DNA from: Bacteroidia bacterium
GTDB taxonomy: Bacteria; Bacteroidota; Bacteroidia; SpSt-205
Length of the DNA stretch: 64,000 nucleotides
NCBI GenBank assembly: GCA_026003215.1
Contig: BPGV01000001.1
Span: forward strand, 1,178,466 to 1,242,465
Reading direction: 5' to 3'
The notes beneath the pieces are model-generated. The model was not told where the DNA came from. It worked only from the letters and a program-made list of their open reading frames with translations, and searched no databases. How positions within the stretch are numbered: position 1 is the first letter of the stretch; every line of letters starts with the position of its first letter. Below, one piece after another: positions 36,096 to 44,986 of this stretch. Made by a program: the position numbers and the translations under genes.

Positions 36096-38501
36096 ATGCT
36101 TTTCTCACCCCCCAAAAAAGTCCTACTGCTGGGGAGCCTGCTTCTTTTAGGCTGTGCCCCCACCCGATTTTTAGCCCCCACAGACCAGCTGGTAGCGCGG
36201 GAACCTCGCCTCAGAGGCCATGTCTTAGAAGAGACCCCGCCCCTTTACGTGCACAGCAACAACCGCATTTTGGGGCTGCGCCTCGGCTTGCAGTTTTACT
36301 GGGCCGGCCAAACGCTCATGCAGAGCCAACGCTTCCCCTGGAAGGCCTTGCGCCGCATCCCCAAGCTACGCTACTATACCTACGCCTTGGGCAAAGCCCT
36401 CCAAGAAAAACTGGGAGAACCCCCAGCCCTCCTCAATCCTCGGGCTTTAGAGGCAGATGTCAAACTCCTGGAAGAAGCCTATCTCCAAGAAGGGTACTTC
36501 CAAGTAGCTATCCAACCCCAAATCAAACCGCTTCGTCGCCAGAAAGTAGAAGTGATATATCGCATTCGCCCAGGTCCGCGCTGGTCCATCGCTGAGCTGT
36601 CTCTGGCAGGAGAGGATTCCGTCATGCTGAGCTTAGCCTCAGACTTTTTAGCTCAGCAGCCCCTGCCCATAGGAGAGCCTTACCGCCTCTCTCGCTTAGA
36701 CGCTCTACGCGAAGAACTGCACCGACAACTTTTGTCCCAAGGGTACTATGGCCTCCCGCTAAGCCAGCTCCTCTGGGAAATAGATACCACTACCCAACCC
36801 ACCGCTCCTGCTATGCCTCAACGCCGATTGGCTCGCTGGATAAGTGCCCTACGCAAAGAAGGCCCCTACTGCGCAGTACGCTTACTCCTCCCCTCGGGAT
36901 ATACTCGCTACGGCTACGGAGAGCCTTTTCTCGTCATACACACCCCCGAACGGCCCCCCGATTCCACCCTCACAGGTACATACTATGGGATCTCCGTACA
37001 AATGGAACCGCGAGCCCTGGCCGCCGTAGATCCCCGCATATTCCTCTCACGTCTATACTATCCCAACCAACCCTTCTATGACCAGCGGGCTATACAAGCG
37101 TCACAACGCGCCCTCCAAAATCTGGAGATAGTCCAGTGGGCAGGTCCTTCCCTCCAAGCCGATAGCTTGCAGCGCATTCACCCCCGGTATGAGATCGTGC
37201 TTCGGCCGCCTATTGACATGACTTTCGGGATTGAAGGGTTCCAATCCACGCAGCCGATAGTGGGAAGCTTGCCTTTGCCGGGGGCCAGCGTGAATATGCG
37301 ATTGTTGCATTTGTCGCTTTTCCGTCGGGCATGGAGCCTGCGAGTGCGTACCCAGGCCGCCCTGAGCTACTTCCGACGACGCGCGGAGGAAGCCCCTCTA
37401 CCCCTCTATAACTTCGCCGGAGAAATAGGCCTCACCTTGCCCGAAGGCACCCTGCGCCTCGCCCAAGCCCGTCCCCAACCCCTCACTTCTACGCTCTCTC
37501 AACGCACCCACACCCTCCTCACCGCCTACCAAGACATCCGACAAATAGACTTCTCCCGTCGCTACGCCACCTTCTCTTGGAGTCGGCAGACCCGCTTCCT
37601 CTTTTCGGATAAGCGCCAAGAAGAGCAGCTCTGGACACCCTTTAGCCTGACCTTTGTAGATAGCCGCTTCTCCGAAGCCTTCCAAGCCCAAATAGAGGCC
37701 CTCTCCCCTCAGGTACGAAGCCTTATCCTCCGAGACTACCTACCCCGCCTCACTCAGCTCACCGCCTGGCAAGTCTCCTCTACCCGCCATTACTTCCAGC
37801 CCCAAGGCTACAAAAAAGGCGACTACTCCTCCCTCCTCCTGGAAGTAGGCGGCTGGCTCCCCTTCTTCTTAGAACACGCCCTAACCCTCACCCGCCCCCA
37901 GTGGGATAGCACCTACCGAGACAATCTACTCCTTAACCGTTTCCGATACGGGGTCTTTGTACGGGTCTTGATAGAAGGGCGATGGCGGCGTCAGCTGCTC
38001 TTCCCCAGCCAGCAACTTTTCCTACGAGGACGACTGGGTATAGCCCAAGGGTTTTATTATACCTTAGATGTCCCTTTTGAAAACCGCTTTTTTGTAGGGG
38101 GGCCTAATAGCATGCGGGCTTGGCAGTTTGGGGCCTTAGGCCCCGGCAAATACACCTTTCCCCAGAATCTCTTTCTCATCCCCGGCGGTACCCTCCTCTT
38201 GGAAGCCAACGCCGAACTGCGCCAAAGCCTCTTTTACGGCCTACAACTGGCCCCCTTCGTGGATGTAGGAAATGTGTGGTTCCACGGAAACTCCTTCTTT
38301 GAAGACCCACGCGGCTACTTCGGACGCTCGTGGCCGGCCATAGGTACGGGGCTCGGCCTGCGGTGGGATTTCTCGGTCATAGTCATCCGGTTTGACCTCG
38401 CCCAGCAGGTGTACGACCCCGCCGCAGGCTGGGTCTTTCGCGCCTTTCCTATCGGCGGTACCCATGCGCAGTATATTTTCGCCGTCGGCTACCCCTTCTA
38501 A
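36096..38501 (+). CDS. Omp85-family outer-membrane protein (BamA/TamA-like)
   Basis: Signal peptide MLFSPPKKVLLLGSLLLLGCA, read from an ATG 1 nt after the pyrC stop. POTRA-like repeats lead into a C-terminal beta-barrel that ends ...AVGYPF. Confidence 0.55.
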   Translation: MLFSPPKKVLLLGSLLLLGCAPTRFLAPTDQLVAREPRLRGHVLEETPPLYVHSNNRILGLRLGLQFYWAGQTLMQSQRFPWKALRRIPKLRYYTYALGKALQEKLGEPPALLNPRALEADVKLLEEAYLQEGYFQVAIQPQIKPLRRQKVEVIYRIRPGPRWSIAELSLAGEDSVMLSLASDFLAQQPLPIGEPYRLSRLDALREELHRQLLSQGYYGLPLSQLLWEIDTTTQPTAPAMPQRRLARWISALRKEGPYCAVRLLLPSGYTRYGYGEPFLVIHTPERPPDSTLTGTYYGISVQMEPRALAAVDPRIFLSRLYYPNQPFYDQRAIQASQRALQNLEIVQWAGPSLQADSLQRIHPRYEIVLRPPIDMTFGIEGFQSTQPIVGSLPLPGASVNMRLLHLSLFRRAWSLRVRTQAALSYFRRRAEEAPLPLYNFAGEIGLTLPEGTLRLAQARPQPLTSTLSQRTHTLLTAYQDIRQIDFSRRYATFSWSRQTRFLFSDKRQEEQLWTPFSLTFVDSRFSEAFQAQIEALSPQVRSLILRDYLPRLTQLTAWQVSSTRHYFQPQGYKKGDYSSLLLEVGGWLPFFLEHALTLTRPQWDSTYRDNLLLNRFRYGVFVRVLIEGRWRRQLLFPSQQLFLRGRLGIAQGFYYTLDVPFENRFFVGGPNSMRAWQFGALGPGKYTFPQNLFLIPGGTLLLEANAELRQSLFYGLQLAPFVDVGNVWFHGNSFFEDPRGYFGRSWPAIGTGLGLRWDFSVIVIRFDLAQQVYDPAAGWVFRAFPIGGTHAQYIFAVGYPF

Positions 38502-38507
38502 AAAAGA

Positions 38508-38537
38508 CAAGGGGCAGAGGCTCAACCCCTGCCCCCT
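38508..38537 (-). terminator. rho-independent terminator (hairpin usable by both strands)
   Basis: Hairpin GGGGCAGAGG...CCTGCCCC lies between two convergent genes. It is followed by a T-run on the minus strand (AAAAAAGA on the plus strand). Confidence 0.5.
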
Positions 38538-38558
38538 CTAACCTACCTATCTTTTCCC

Positions 38559-39419
38559 TCAGAACTCCAGCGCAAAGGTATCCCGCCCTATCGTATCGCC
38601 ATTCACCCCGATGAAGGTGGTGTAAATATGCCAGTCCCCCGTCATACTGAAGCCCGCTTTGCCCGCATAGTGTCCAGGCTTACCAGAAACCGGCATAGCA
38701 TCCTGGGACCCTTGCGCCCCGTGGCCCATGCTGGGCATCCAAGTCTGAATAGCTATCTTAGAAAACTCCGTCGCCGCCGGGTATCCCTCGGGCTGGGTCG
38801 CGGGCTGAGCCACATCCCGCTTATACACATAGAGCATCACATCCTGCGAACCCACCGCCGCATTGGCCAACCTTAGCTCATACAGGTAGGGGGGATTGTT
38901 CGGGTTTCCAAACTGGCGTCCCCGCCGTACCCATCCCCGCGGGTGGGGATTGACCTGAAGGGAAAAAGTCACGGTATCGCTACCCATCGCCACATGGAGC
39001 TTCCAGGGTTCGTCTGTGTCGCTGGGCATCATGAAGAAAGCCGCCCCATAGTAATACCCATCCTGACTTACGCCGGTGGGCTGCTCCACAGGACAGGAAT
39101 GAGCCATATTCCTCATATACATCATCGGGAGAAACCGCACATCCCTGCCGGTGTAGGCTGCCCCATTGGCTTGCGTAATGCGCACCCGAAAGCGATTGTA
39201 CCCCTCCGTAAAAGCGGTCTGCCCCGCCGGCAGCGCCCCATACAAATACACGTGGTAGCGATCATGGGCATCGTGCTCGTGTCCGATATCTACCCAGCTC
39301 TCCGTGGGAGAGCCGCCGCCAGAGGGATTGGACGAGGTGTCCTCTTTCTTCTTACAGGCTCCAAGACCGAGTACTATCCCGGCCAGAAGGATAAACCCAA
39401 GGCGTTTTACGCGTTTCAT
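38559..39419 (-). CDS. hypothetical Met/His-rich lipoprotein, possibly metal (copper) binding
   Basis: Lipobox LLAGIVLGLGAC, read from the internal ATG at 39419. It carries motifs HEHDAHDRYH, MMYMRNMAH and MPSMGHG. Confidence 0.45.
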   Translation of the reverse strand: MKRVKRLGFILLAGIVLGLGACKKKEDTSSNPSGGGSPTESWVDIGHEHDAHDRYHVYLYGALPAGQTAFTEGYNRFRVRITQANGAAYTGRDVRFLPMMYMRNMAHSCPVEQPTGVSQDGYYYGAAFFMMPSDTDEPWKLHVAMGSDTVTFSLQVNPHPRGWVRRGRQFGNPNNPPYLYELRLANAAVGSQDVMLYVYKRDVAQPATQPEGYPAATEFSKIAIQTWMPSMGHGAQGSQDAMPVSGKPGHYAGKAGFSMTGDWHIYTTFIGVNGDTIGRDTFALEF

Positions 39420-39449
39420 ACCGCTACAAAGATGCAAATTTTAAAGCAA

Positions 39450-40730
39450 ATGAAGGGCTCTCGCGCCTACCTTTGGGGGGTGCGCGTGCTGTATCTTACC
39501 TACGATGGGCTATTAGACCCTTTGGGCCAATCCCAAATACTCCCCTATCTGCGCGCCCTGCAGCAGGCCCTTCCTGTACATTTGTCTATTCTGAGCTTTG
39601 AGAAGCCGGAGCGCTGGCAAACCCATGGCCTATCTTTCCAGGAGACTTTGCAAGCAGAGGGGTTTCGCTGGTATCCGCAGCCTTTTACCGCCTCCCCGCC
39701 GATTTTGAGCAAGGCATACGACAGCTGGCGTTTTTACCACGCGGCCCAGCGCATTATTACCCAAGAACAGCCTCTTTTGCTGCATGCCCGCAGTTATGTG
39801 GCCGGATGGGTAGCGCACCGCCTAAGCAAGCGTTATCGTCTCCCGTGGATTTTTGACATGCGGGGCTTCTGGGCCGATGAACGCCGCGAAACCGGCGCCT
39901 GGCCAGAGAGCCACCCCTTCTTCCGAGCGTTATACCACCTGTGGAAAAAACGCGAAAAGGTCATGCTTCATACGGCCAGTGCTATTATTGTTCTTACCGA
40001 GGCCGCTAAATCTGTATTAGAAGCATGGGGCATTCCCGCCGAAAAGATAACGGTTATCCCCTGTGTGGCGGATTTTGCCCATTTCCGCCCGCTGCCCGAA
40101 AAGCCTCTCCCCCTTCTTGAGGCCCTGGAACTTCCCACCGATGCGTATATCTTGGGGTATGTGGGTTCCATCGGACCCTTATATGAGCTTACAGAAATGC
40201 TGCGATTTTTCCGGGTACTGCTTACCTACAAGCCGGAGAGTTATTTCCTTTTCTTCACGCCGGCCTCACCTGAGCCTATTTTGGCTGCTGCGACTGCTGA
40301 AGGCCTCCCCGCCGAACGATTTCGGGTGCGTTTCATTCCTCGGTCAGAGCTACCGACTTGGCTGGCCCTTTTGGATGCTTCTATTATTTTTTGTCGTCCA
40401 GGGTTTAGCCGTATAGGCAGCTCTCCCACGCGTGTGGCTGAGCTCTTAGCGATGAATATCCCCGTAGTGGTGCAGGCAGACTTAGGCGACAACCGCGCGT
40501 TGGCTGAAACAGGTACGGGGCTCATTCTGTGCGAGCGCTTCTCGACAGAGGCCTATGAGGAAGCCTGTCGTACGCTCCTCTCTCTCACGAGAGAAGGACC
40601 CGCTGACTTCCGCAGTCGCAGCGCGGCCCTTCTCTCTTTGCCGGTAGGTGTGCAGCGGTACGTAGAGGTTTATACCCGGCTTATTCCTGCGATGCAGAGG
40701 AGGCCCGTCTCACACTCACAAAGTGGATAA
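39450..40730 (+). CDS. glycosyltransferase family 4
   Basis: VRVLYLTYDGLLDPLGQSQILPYL is a GT4 N-terminus and a GT-B fold follows. The start could be the ATG at 39432 or 39450, or the GTG at 39480. The 170-aa upstream extension in the ORF track is antisense to the lipoprotein gene and I rejected it. Confidence 0.7.
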   Translation: MKGSRAYLWGVRVLYLTYDGLLDPLGQSQILPYLRALQQALPVHLSILSFEKPERWQTHGLSFQETLQAEGFRWYPQPFTASPPILSKAYDSWRFYHAAQRIITQEQPLLLHARSYVAGWVAHRLSKRYRLPWIFDMRGFWADERRETGAWPESHPFFRALYHLWKKREKVMLHTASAIIVLTEAAKSVLEAWGIPAEKITVIPCVADFAHFRPLPEKPLPLLEALELPTDAYILGYVGSIGPLYELTEMLRFFRVLLTYKPESYFLFFTPASPEPILAAATAEGLPAERFRVRFIPRSELPTWLALLDASIIFCRPGFSRIGSSPTRVAELLAMNIPVVVQADLGDNRALAETGTGLILCERFSTEAYEEACRTLLSLTREGPADFRSRSAALLSLPVGVQRYVEVYTRLIPAMQRRPVSHSQSG

Positions 40731-41232
40731 TCACCGCCAAGAGAAGGGCTACCCCCACCGCCGCCCCCACTAACCCCCAAAAAGTCGCCCGCAAAAACGC
40801 AAAGTCCTCTCTTTTCATAGGGCGCTGCTCGCCGGGATAAATGGGTTGAGTTCTCGAGGCAGGTGCGGTTGCGGTAGGTTGGGCTTGTGCCGGCGGTGTC
40901 ACGCTATTCAGATACGCCCATAAAGCTTTGAGCTCCGCTTCCCCCAAATCGGGGAAAGGCGGCATCACTTGCTGATTGTATTCCTTGAAAATAGCCACAG
41001 CGTCGGCATCCCCTGCCTGTATCAGCGCTTGGGAGTTTGCCACAAACCGCAGAAACCACTCCTGCGAACGGCGCTCTCCTATACGGGCCAGCGGAGGACC
41101 AATGAGCTTAGTCTCCACTTTATGACAAGCGGCACAGCGCTGTTGAAAAAGGGTCTTACCTTTCTCTTCGGGCGATTGCGCCCACAGAAGCCCTATCAGG
41201 GCTATGTAGAGTGCTTTACCTATCGTGCGCAT
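40681..41232 (-). CDS. membrane-anchored class I c-type cytochrome
   Basis: Signal peptide, the CAACH heme-binding motif and a C-terminal TM helix. Confidence 0.75.
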   Translation of the reverse strand: MRTIGKALYIALIGLLWAQSPEEKGKTLFQQRCAACHKVETKLIGPPLARIGERRSQEWFLRFVANSQALIQAGDADAVAIFKEYNQQVMPPFPDLGEAELKALWAYLNSVTPPAQAQPTATAPASRTQPIYPGEQRPMKREDFAFLRATFWGLVGAAVGVALLLAVIIHFVSVRRASSASQE

Positions 41233-41819
41233 AGCTGTAAAAGTTTAGAAGCATGCGTAAGAAGTCTGTCATCCTCAGAAGAATACACGCCTCGGATACG
41301 CCCTGCACAGTCTATCAAGAGAATAGCGTCAGAATGTAAAATCTCCTCTCCTTCCAGCGGAGCAGCGGTGAGGTCAAATACCTTGGTAGCCAGCTGGATA
41401 ACCCACTTTTGCGAAGCCGGCCGCAGAAATAGCCACCTCTGCCCTGGTACCCGATAGCTCTCGGCGTACGTGGCCAAATAGAGCGGTGTATCCCGTTCAG
41501 GGTCCAAGGAAATAGAGACCGCCACCAGCTTATCCGAAGGCGGCAAGTGGGAAAGCACCGCATGCAAGCGGCTTTGCAGCCGAGGGCATACCGACGGGCA
41601 GCGCGTATAAATAAAGTCCAGCAGCACCACACGCCCTTTGAAGGAGAGGGGAGCCACAGGCTGCCCGCTTGTATCGGTAAGGGGATATTGGGCCATCGTT
41701 TCCCACACACAATCGGAACGGATAGGTTCGGGTACATGGGTAGCGTCGTACCACCACCATCCCGCCGCAAAGAGGAAGGCTATGCCTATGCCTCCCCACA
41801 GAAGGAGCGTACGGGTCAT
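41220..41819 (-). CDS. SCO1/SenC copper chaperone
   Basis: Thioredoxin-like CPSVCP motif, an N-terminal TM segment, and a position adjacent to the oxidase genes. Confidence 0.8.
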   Translation of the reverse strand: MTRTLLLWGGIGIAFLFAAGWWWYDATHVPEPIRSDCVWETMAQYPLTDTSGQPVAPLSFKGRVVLLDFIYTRCPSVCPRLQSRLHAVLSHLPPSDKLVAVSISLDPERDTPLYLATYAESYRVPGQRWLFLRPASQKWVIQLATKVFDLTAAPLEGEEILHSDAILLIDCAGRIRGVYSSEDDRLLTHASKLLQLCAR

Positions 41820-43534
41820 TTTCGCACTTGGAGGGCAGGCGTAGGGTTATCGGGTTCGTAGGGGAGAGCTTTCTCGGGCGTGCGGAACGCCTGCCGCAAG
41901 GGCTCCCAGTACGAGACCGCAATAAGCAAGAGCGCTATAACCACCCAGGGCCGCAGCCGAGCCACGATTGAGGCCATACTTACCTCGGGATGAAGCCCCT
42001 CAGCGGTGGGGAAAGAGATCTCCCCTGCAGGCCGAGTAGCAGGCCCCGCTATCGTAGCTATCCACACCCCCAGATACACCAAAAAGGCCAGGGTCATCAC
42101 CGCAGCTCCAATCCCTGTAAGCATAGCCGAGGGCACCCAGTCCGCCCGGAAGTGCGGCGAACTCGGATCTAAGTAGCTGAGGCCCATGTTGGTGCGGCGG
42201 GGCTGGCCCAGAAGCCCCCCATACATCATCGCCGGCGAGAAGATAAAAATACCCAACATCCACAAGTACGGCACCGCTATATTCCATCCCCTCCCGCGGA
42301 TAGGTTTGCCCGTAAGCTGCGAAAAAAGCTCCAGAGACATACCCAGAATAATCAAAAACACCGGCCCGCCTACCGTCATGTGAAAGTGCCCCGAAATAAA
42401 GCCGGTATTGTGGATGGTTTGATTGAGGTTATAGGAAGCATTTACAATACCTGTTATGCCACCGAAGATAAAGATGATAAGGCCCGCTATGCTATAAGCA
42501 AAGATAGGCCGTTCCGCATCTAACCACGGGAGTTTAGCCATCCAGCCAAAGAGGCCTTTCGCCCCGCGACGCACACCCGCATATTCTAAGGACGCCGCCA
42601 CCGTAAAGGCCGTAATAAAACTGGGTATAGCCACACCAAAGGTCAGCAACGCATGTACGCCCTTCCAGAAGCGGTCAAAGCCCGGCTCCGTGTATTGGTG
42701 ATGCAGTCCCACGGGAATACTCAGGACTAAAAAGAGTAGGAAAGCCAGCCGTGCCGCATAGGGTGAATAGAGCTTTCCCCCAGCTACCCTGGGCAGCATG
42801 ACATAATACACAATATAGGCCGGTAAAAGCCAAAAATAAACCAAAGGATGACCAAAAAACCAGAAAAGCGTACGAGCCAGTGGGATATTAATCGCCTCTA
42901 CCCACCCCAGCGACCACGGGATAAGCATAAAAAGCACTTCTATCGCTAAGGGGATAGTGCAGAGGAACCATATCAGGAAGGTCACCAAAATCCCTACAAT
43001 CGCTAAGGGCAAGGGGTGGCTGGGGTTTTCGCGCATCCACTGGCGCACAAGGGGTATCCACCCAAAGAACGCCACCCACGAACCCACCACCAGGAGCGCC
43101 GCTCCGATATAAAAAGCGGGGTGGGCCTTGAGCGGCGGATAAAAGGTATAGAGCACATCAGCTTTCCCCAAAAGCATAGGCACCGCTGCTATCAAGGTCC
43201 CCCCCACCATCATGCTCGTAGAAGTAAGATGTACGGCCGGGATAAGGGCCTTTCGGAGGTAATAGGAGATGAGCGCATTCCCAAACACTACCCCAAAGAA
43301 AGTGGTCAGCACCACCGCATTAATCACCCCATGCAGGGTAAGGCCCTGGTAGTAGTTTAGCCCGGCAAAGCTTCCGCTGTGGATAATGCCTGCCCGATAG
43401 AGAGCCTGGAGAAACCCATGATAAATGCCTAAAACCAATAGCACAATAGGCAAAACCACTTCTATCACCATGAGCGTCCGCGAGAGCGGCGCCACTGTAT
43501 AAGAAGCTTGTTCAGATTTTGTAGGTGCAAGCAT
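41816..43534 (-). CDS. heme-copper oxidase subunit I, B-type (ba3-like)
   Basis: 12+ TM helices and a His-ligand pattern (GHPLVYFWLLPAY, HHQY). I trimmed the start to the ATG at 43534, which lies 8 nt after the subunit II stop. Confidence 0.8.
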   Translation of the reverse strand: MLAPTKSEQASYTVAPLSRTLMVIEVVLPIVLLVLGIYHGFLQALYRAGIIHSGSFAGLNYYQGLTLHGVINAVVLTTFFGVVFGNALISYYLRKALIPAVHLTSTSMMVGGTLIAAVPMLLGKADVLYTFYPPLKAHPAFYIGAALLVVGSWVAFFGWIPLVRQWMRENPSHPLPLAIVGILVTFLIWFLCTIPLAIEVLFMLIPWSLGWVEAINIPLARTLFWFFGHPLVYFWLLPAYIVYYVMLPRVAGGKLYSPYAARLAFLLFLVLSIPVGLHHQYTEPGFDRFWKGVHALLTFGVAIPSFITAFTVAASLEYAGVRRGAKGLFGWMAKLPWLDAERPIFAYSIAGLIIFIFGGITGIVNASYNLNQTIHNTGFISGHFHMTVGGPVFLIILGMSLELFSQLTGKPIRGRGWNIAVPYLWMLGIFIFSPAMMYGGLLGQPRRTNMGLSYLDPSSPHFRADWVPSAMLTGIGAAVMTLAFLVYLGVWIATIAGPATRPAGEISFPTAEGLHPEVSMASIVARLRPWVVIALLLIAVSYWEPLRQAFRTPEKALPYEPDNPTPALQVRK

Positions 43535-43542
43535 AGGCTTAT

Positions 43543-43983
43543 TTATTGGGCGATGAGATAGGCTACCATGTTTTGATGGGCAGAACCGCAATACTCATGG
43601 CAGATAATTGGATAGACCCCCGGCTTGTCCAAGGTGACGGTATAGGCATTGACCGCGCCGGGGATAGCCATGAGGTTAGCGTTACTCCAGCTGAGGTAGA
43701 AGCCGTGGGTAACATCCTTTGCGCTGAGGAAGATATCTATGGGCTTACCCACAGGCACCTCTACCACTTCTGGGTCAAAGCGCCACATCTGAGCTACATA
43801 GAAAAGCTGGCGTCGGCCATCAGGGAGGGTATCCACGCGCCCTTCTTTGAAGGGCTTCACCTCAGGGGGCAGGCACGGGGGCACCTCAATCTTTTGCAGA
43901 CGAGCAGCCGCCAGCAGCGCCAAGAAAAACACTCCCAACAGCCCCGAGGCAAAAACTAAAACGATTTTTTCCAGTCGGTCCAT
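43543..43983 (-). CDS. heme-copper oxidase subunit II (one TM helix plus a CuA cupredoxin domain), ba3-type
   Basis: 146 aa with the CuA ligands H...CHEYCGSAHQNM. Its small size is typical of B-family subunit II. Confidence 0.8.
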   Translation of the reverse strand: MDRLEKIVLVFASGLLGVFFLALLAAARLQKIEVPPCLPPEVKPFKEGRVDTLPDGRRQLFYVAQMWRFDPEVVEVPVGKPIDIFLSAKDVTHGFYLSWSNANLMAIPGAVNAYTVTLDKPGVYPIICHEYCGSAHQNMVAYLIAQ

Positions 43984-43987
43984 AGGC

Positions 43988-44122
43988 TTATCCGCGTTTG
44001 AGCATGAGGAAATAGCTCCCCAACCAGATAAGTATCGTCAGGAGCACCAGCAGGCCAAAAAAGGCCAAGCTCCCATACGGCACAAAGGCCGCCTCGTCGC
44101 GCTTAGGCAGGGTCGGTTCCAT
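43988..44122 (-). CDS. ba3-type cytochrome oxidase subunit IIa (CbaD-like), an unannotated 44-aa single-TM protein
   Basis: Not in the ORF track because it is under 60 aa. The sequence is MEPTLPKRDEAAFVPYGSLAFFGLLVLLTILIWLGSYFLMLKRG. AAAGGAGGTG precedes the ATG, and the TAA stop lies 4 nt before the subunit II ATG. Its C-terminus resembles Thermus subunit IIa (...ILVFWLGVYAVFFARG). Confidence 0.6.
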   Translation of the reverse strand: MEPTLPKRDEAAFVPYGSLAFFGLLVLLTILIWLGSYFLMLKRG

Positions 44123-44185
44123 AGGCACCTCCTTTTGGGCAAAGGTACGACTTTTCTTCATTTCAAATGGAACTGAACATACGAA

Positions 44186-44218
44186 GTAACAAAAAAGGGC
44201 AGCTCAAGGAGCTGCCCT
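44186..44218 (-). terminator. rho-independent terminator for the OMP gene
   Basis: Perfect hairpin GGGCAGCTC-CTTG-GAGCTGCCC followed by TTTTTTGT on the minus strand. Confidence 0.65.
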
Positions 44219-44243
44219 TCTGAACGCCTTGTATAGTAGACGC

Positions 44244-44936
44244 TTAGAACTGGTACCCGAGGCGCAAGGCCCCTAAGGCATTTACGATCACGCCTGAGCC
44301 TTTACCACCTGCGGTAACGGTCTTGGTAGTAGTGCCCCCCACAGAGGTTTCCGTTACTACATCGCTTTGATTGGTAATGCCGAAGTTGAGACCCCACTCT
44401 ACCCCGAGGTACAGCTTCTCCGCAAAATACCAGTCAAAGCCGGAGTATAGCCCGAGCCCGAAGCTGCTACCTTTCCGCCCAAAAGAGGACTGCCCATCCA
44501 CCGTTTGCGAAAAGTTAGCGGTATAGGCCCCGCCGGCATAGTTAGTACGCGTGGTTTTAGCCGAAGAAAAACCGATATCAAGATAAGCGCCTGCAAAGGT
44601 AGAGAGCTTCTCACCGCCGGCAAAGTGGTACTCAATCCCCGGCAAAAGCTGGAGACCAAAATACGACTCTTTTTCTTCGCCTACCCCGCCCGTACCATCG
44701 GGATTCTCGTACGCTTTATTGGTACGGCTGGGAGCTGTAAGGCCTAATCCGACACGGATAGCCAGATTGTCTCCCAAAAAGTACCGCACCCGGGCCCCTT
44801 GCACAAGTCCGATGCTGATGTTGTTGATGGCCCCATTTAAGGCGACTTCCCCTGTAATAGTACCTCCAGTGGGTTTTTGCGCATACAGCCCTGCTGTAGC
44901 CAGGGCTAAGCTAAGTACTACGGCTATTGTACGCAT
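44244..44936 (-). CDS. outer-membrane beta-barrel protein (OmpA-like porin family)
   Basis: Signal peptide MRTIAVVLSLALATAGLYAQ, alternating-strand composition, and a C-terminal ...LRLGYQF ending in Phe. Confidence 0.6.
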   Translation of the reverse strand: MRTIAVVLSLALATAGLYAQKPTGGTITGEVALNGAINNISIGLVQGARVRYFLGDNLAIRVGLGLTAPSRTNKAYENPDGTGGVGEEKESYFGLQLLPGIEYHFAGGEKLSTFAGAYLDIGFSSAKTTRTNYAGGAYTANFSQTVDGQSSFGRKGSSFGLGLYSGFDWYFAEKLYLGVEWGLNFGITNQSDVVTETSVGGTTTKTVTAGGKGSGVIVNALGALRLGYQF

Positions 44937-44986
44937 AGCGCCGCAAAGGTAAAGCAAAAATCTTTCACAAAATCCACCTTCTCTCC

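Noticed and set aside
38943-39449. 170-aa N-terminal extension of the GT4 ORF (the track's 595-aa ORF)
   Set aside because: The extension is antisense to the lipoprotein gene 38559..39419 and encodes an Arg/His/Gly-rich peptide. The conserved GT4 N-terminus VRVLYLTYDG begins only at about 39480.
41315-41922. ORFs of 130-151 aa overlapping SCO1 and the oxidase subunit I gene
   Set aside because: They are in the alternative frame or antisense, Arg/Gly/Cys-rich, and lack a start context. SCO1 and subunit I have unambiguous motifs in the annotated frames.
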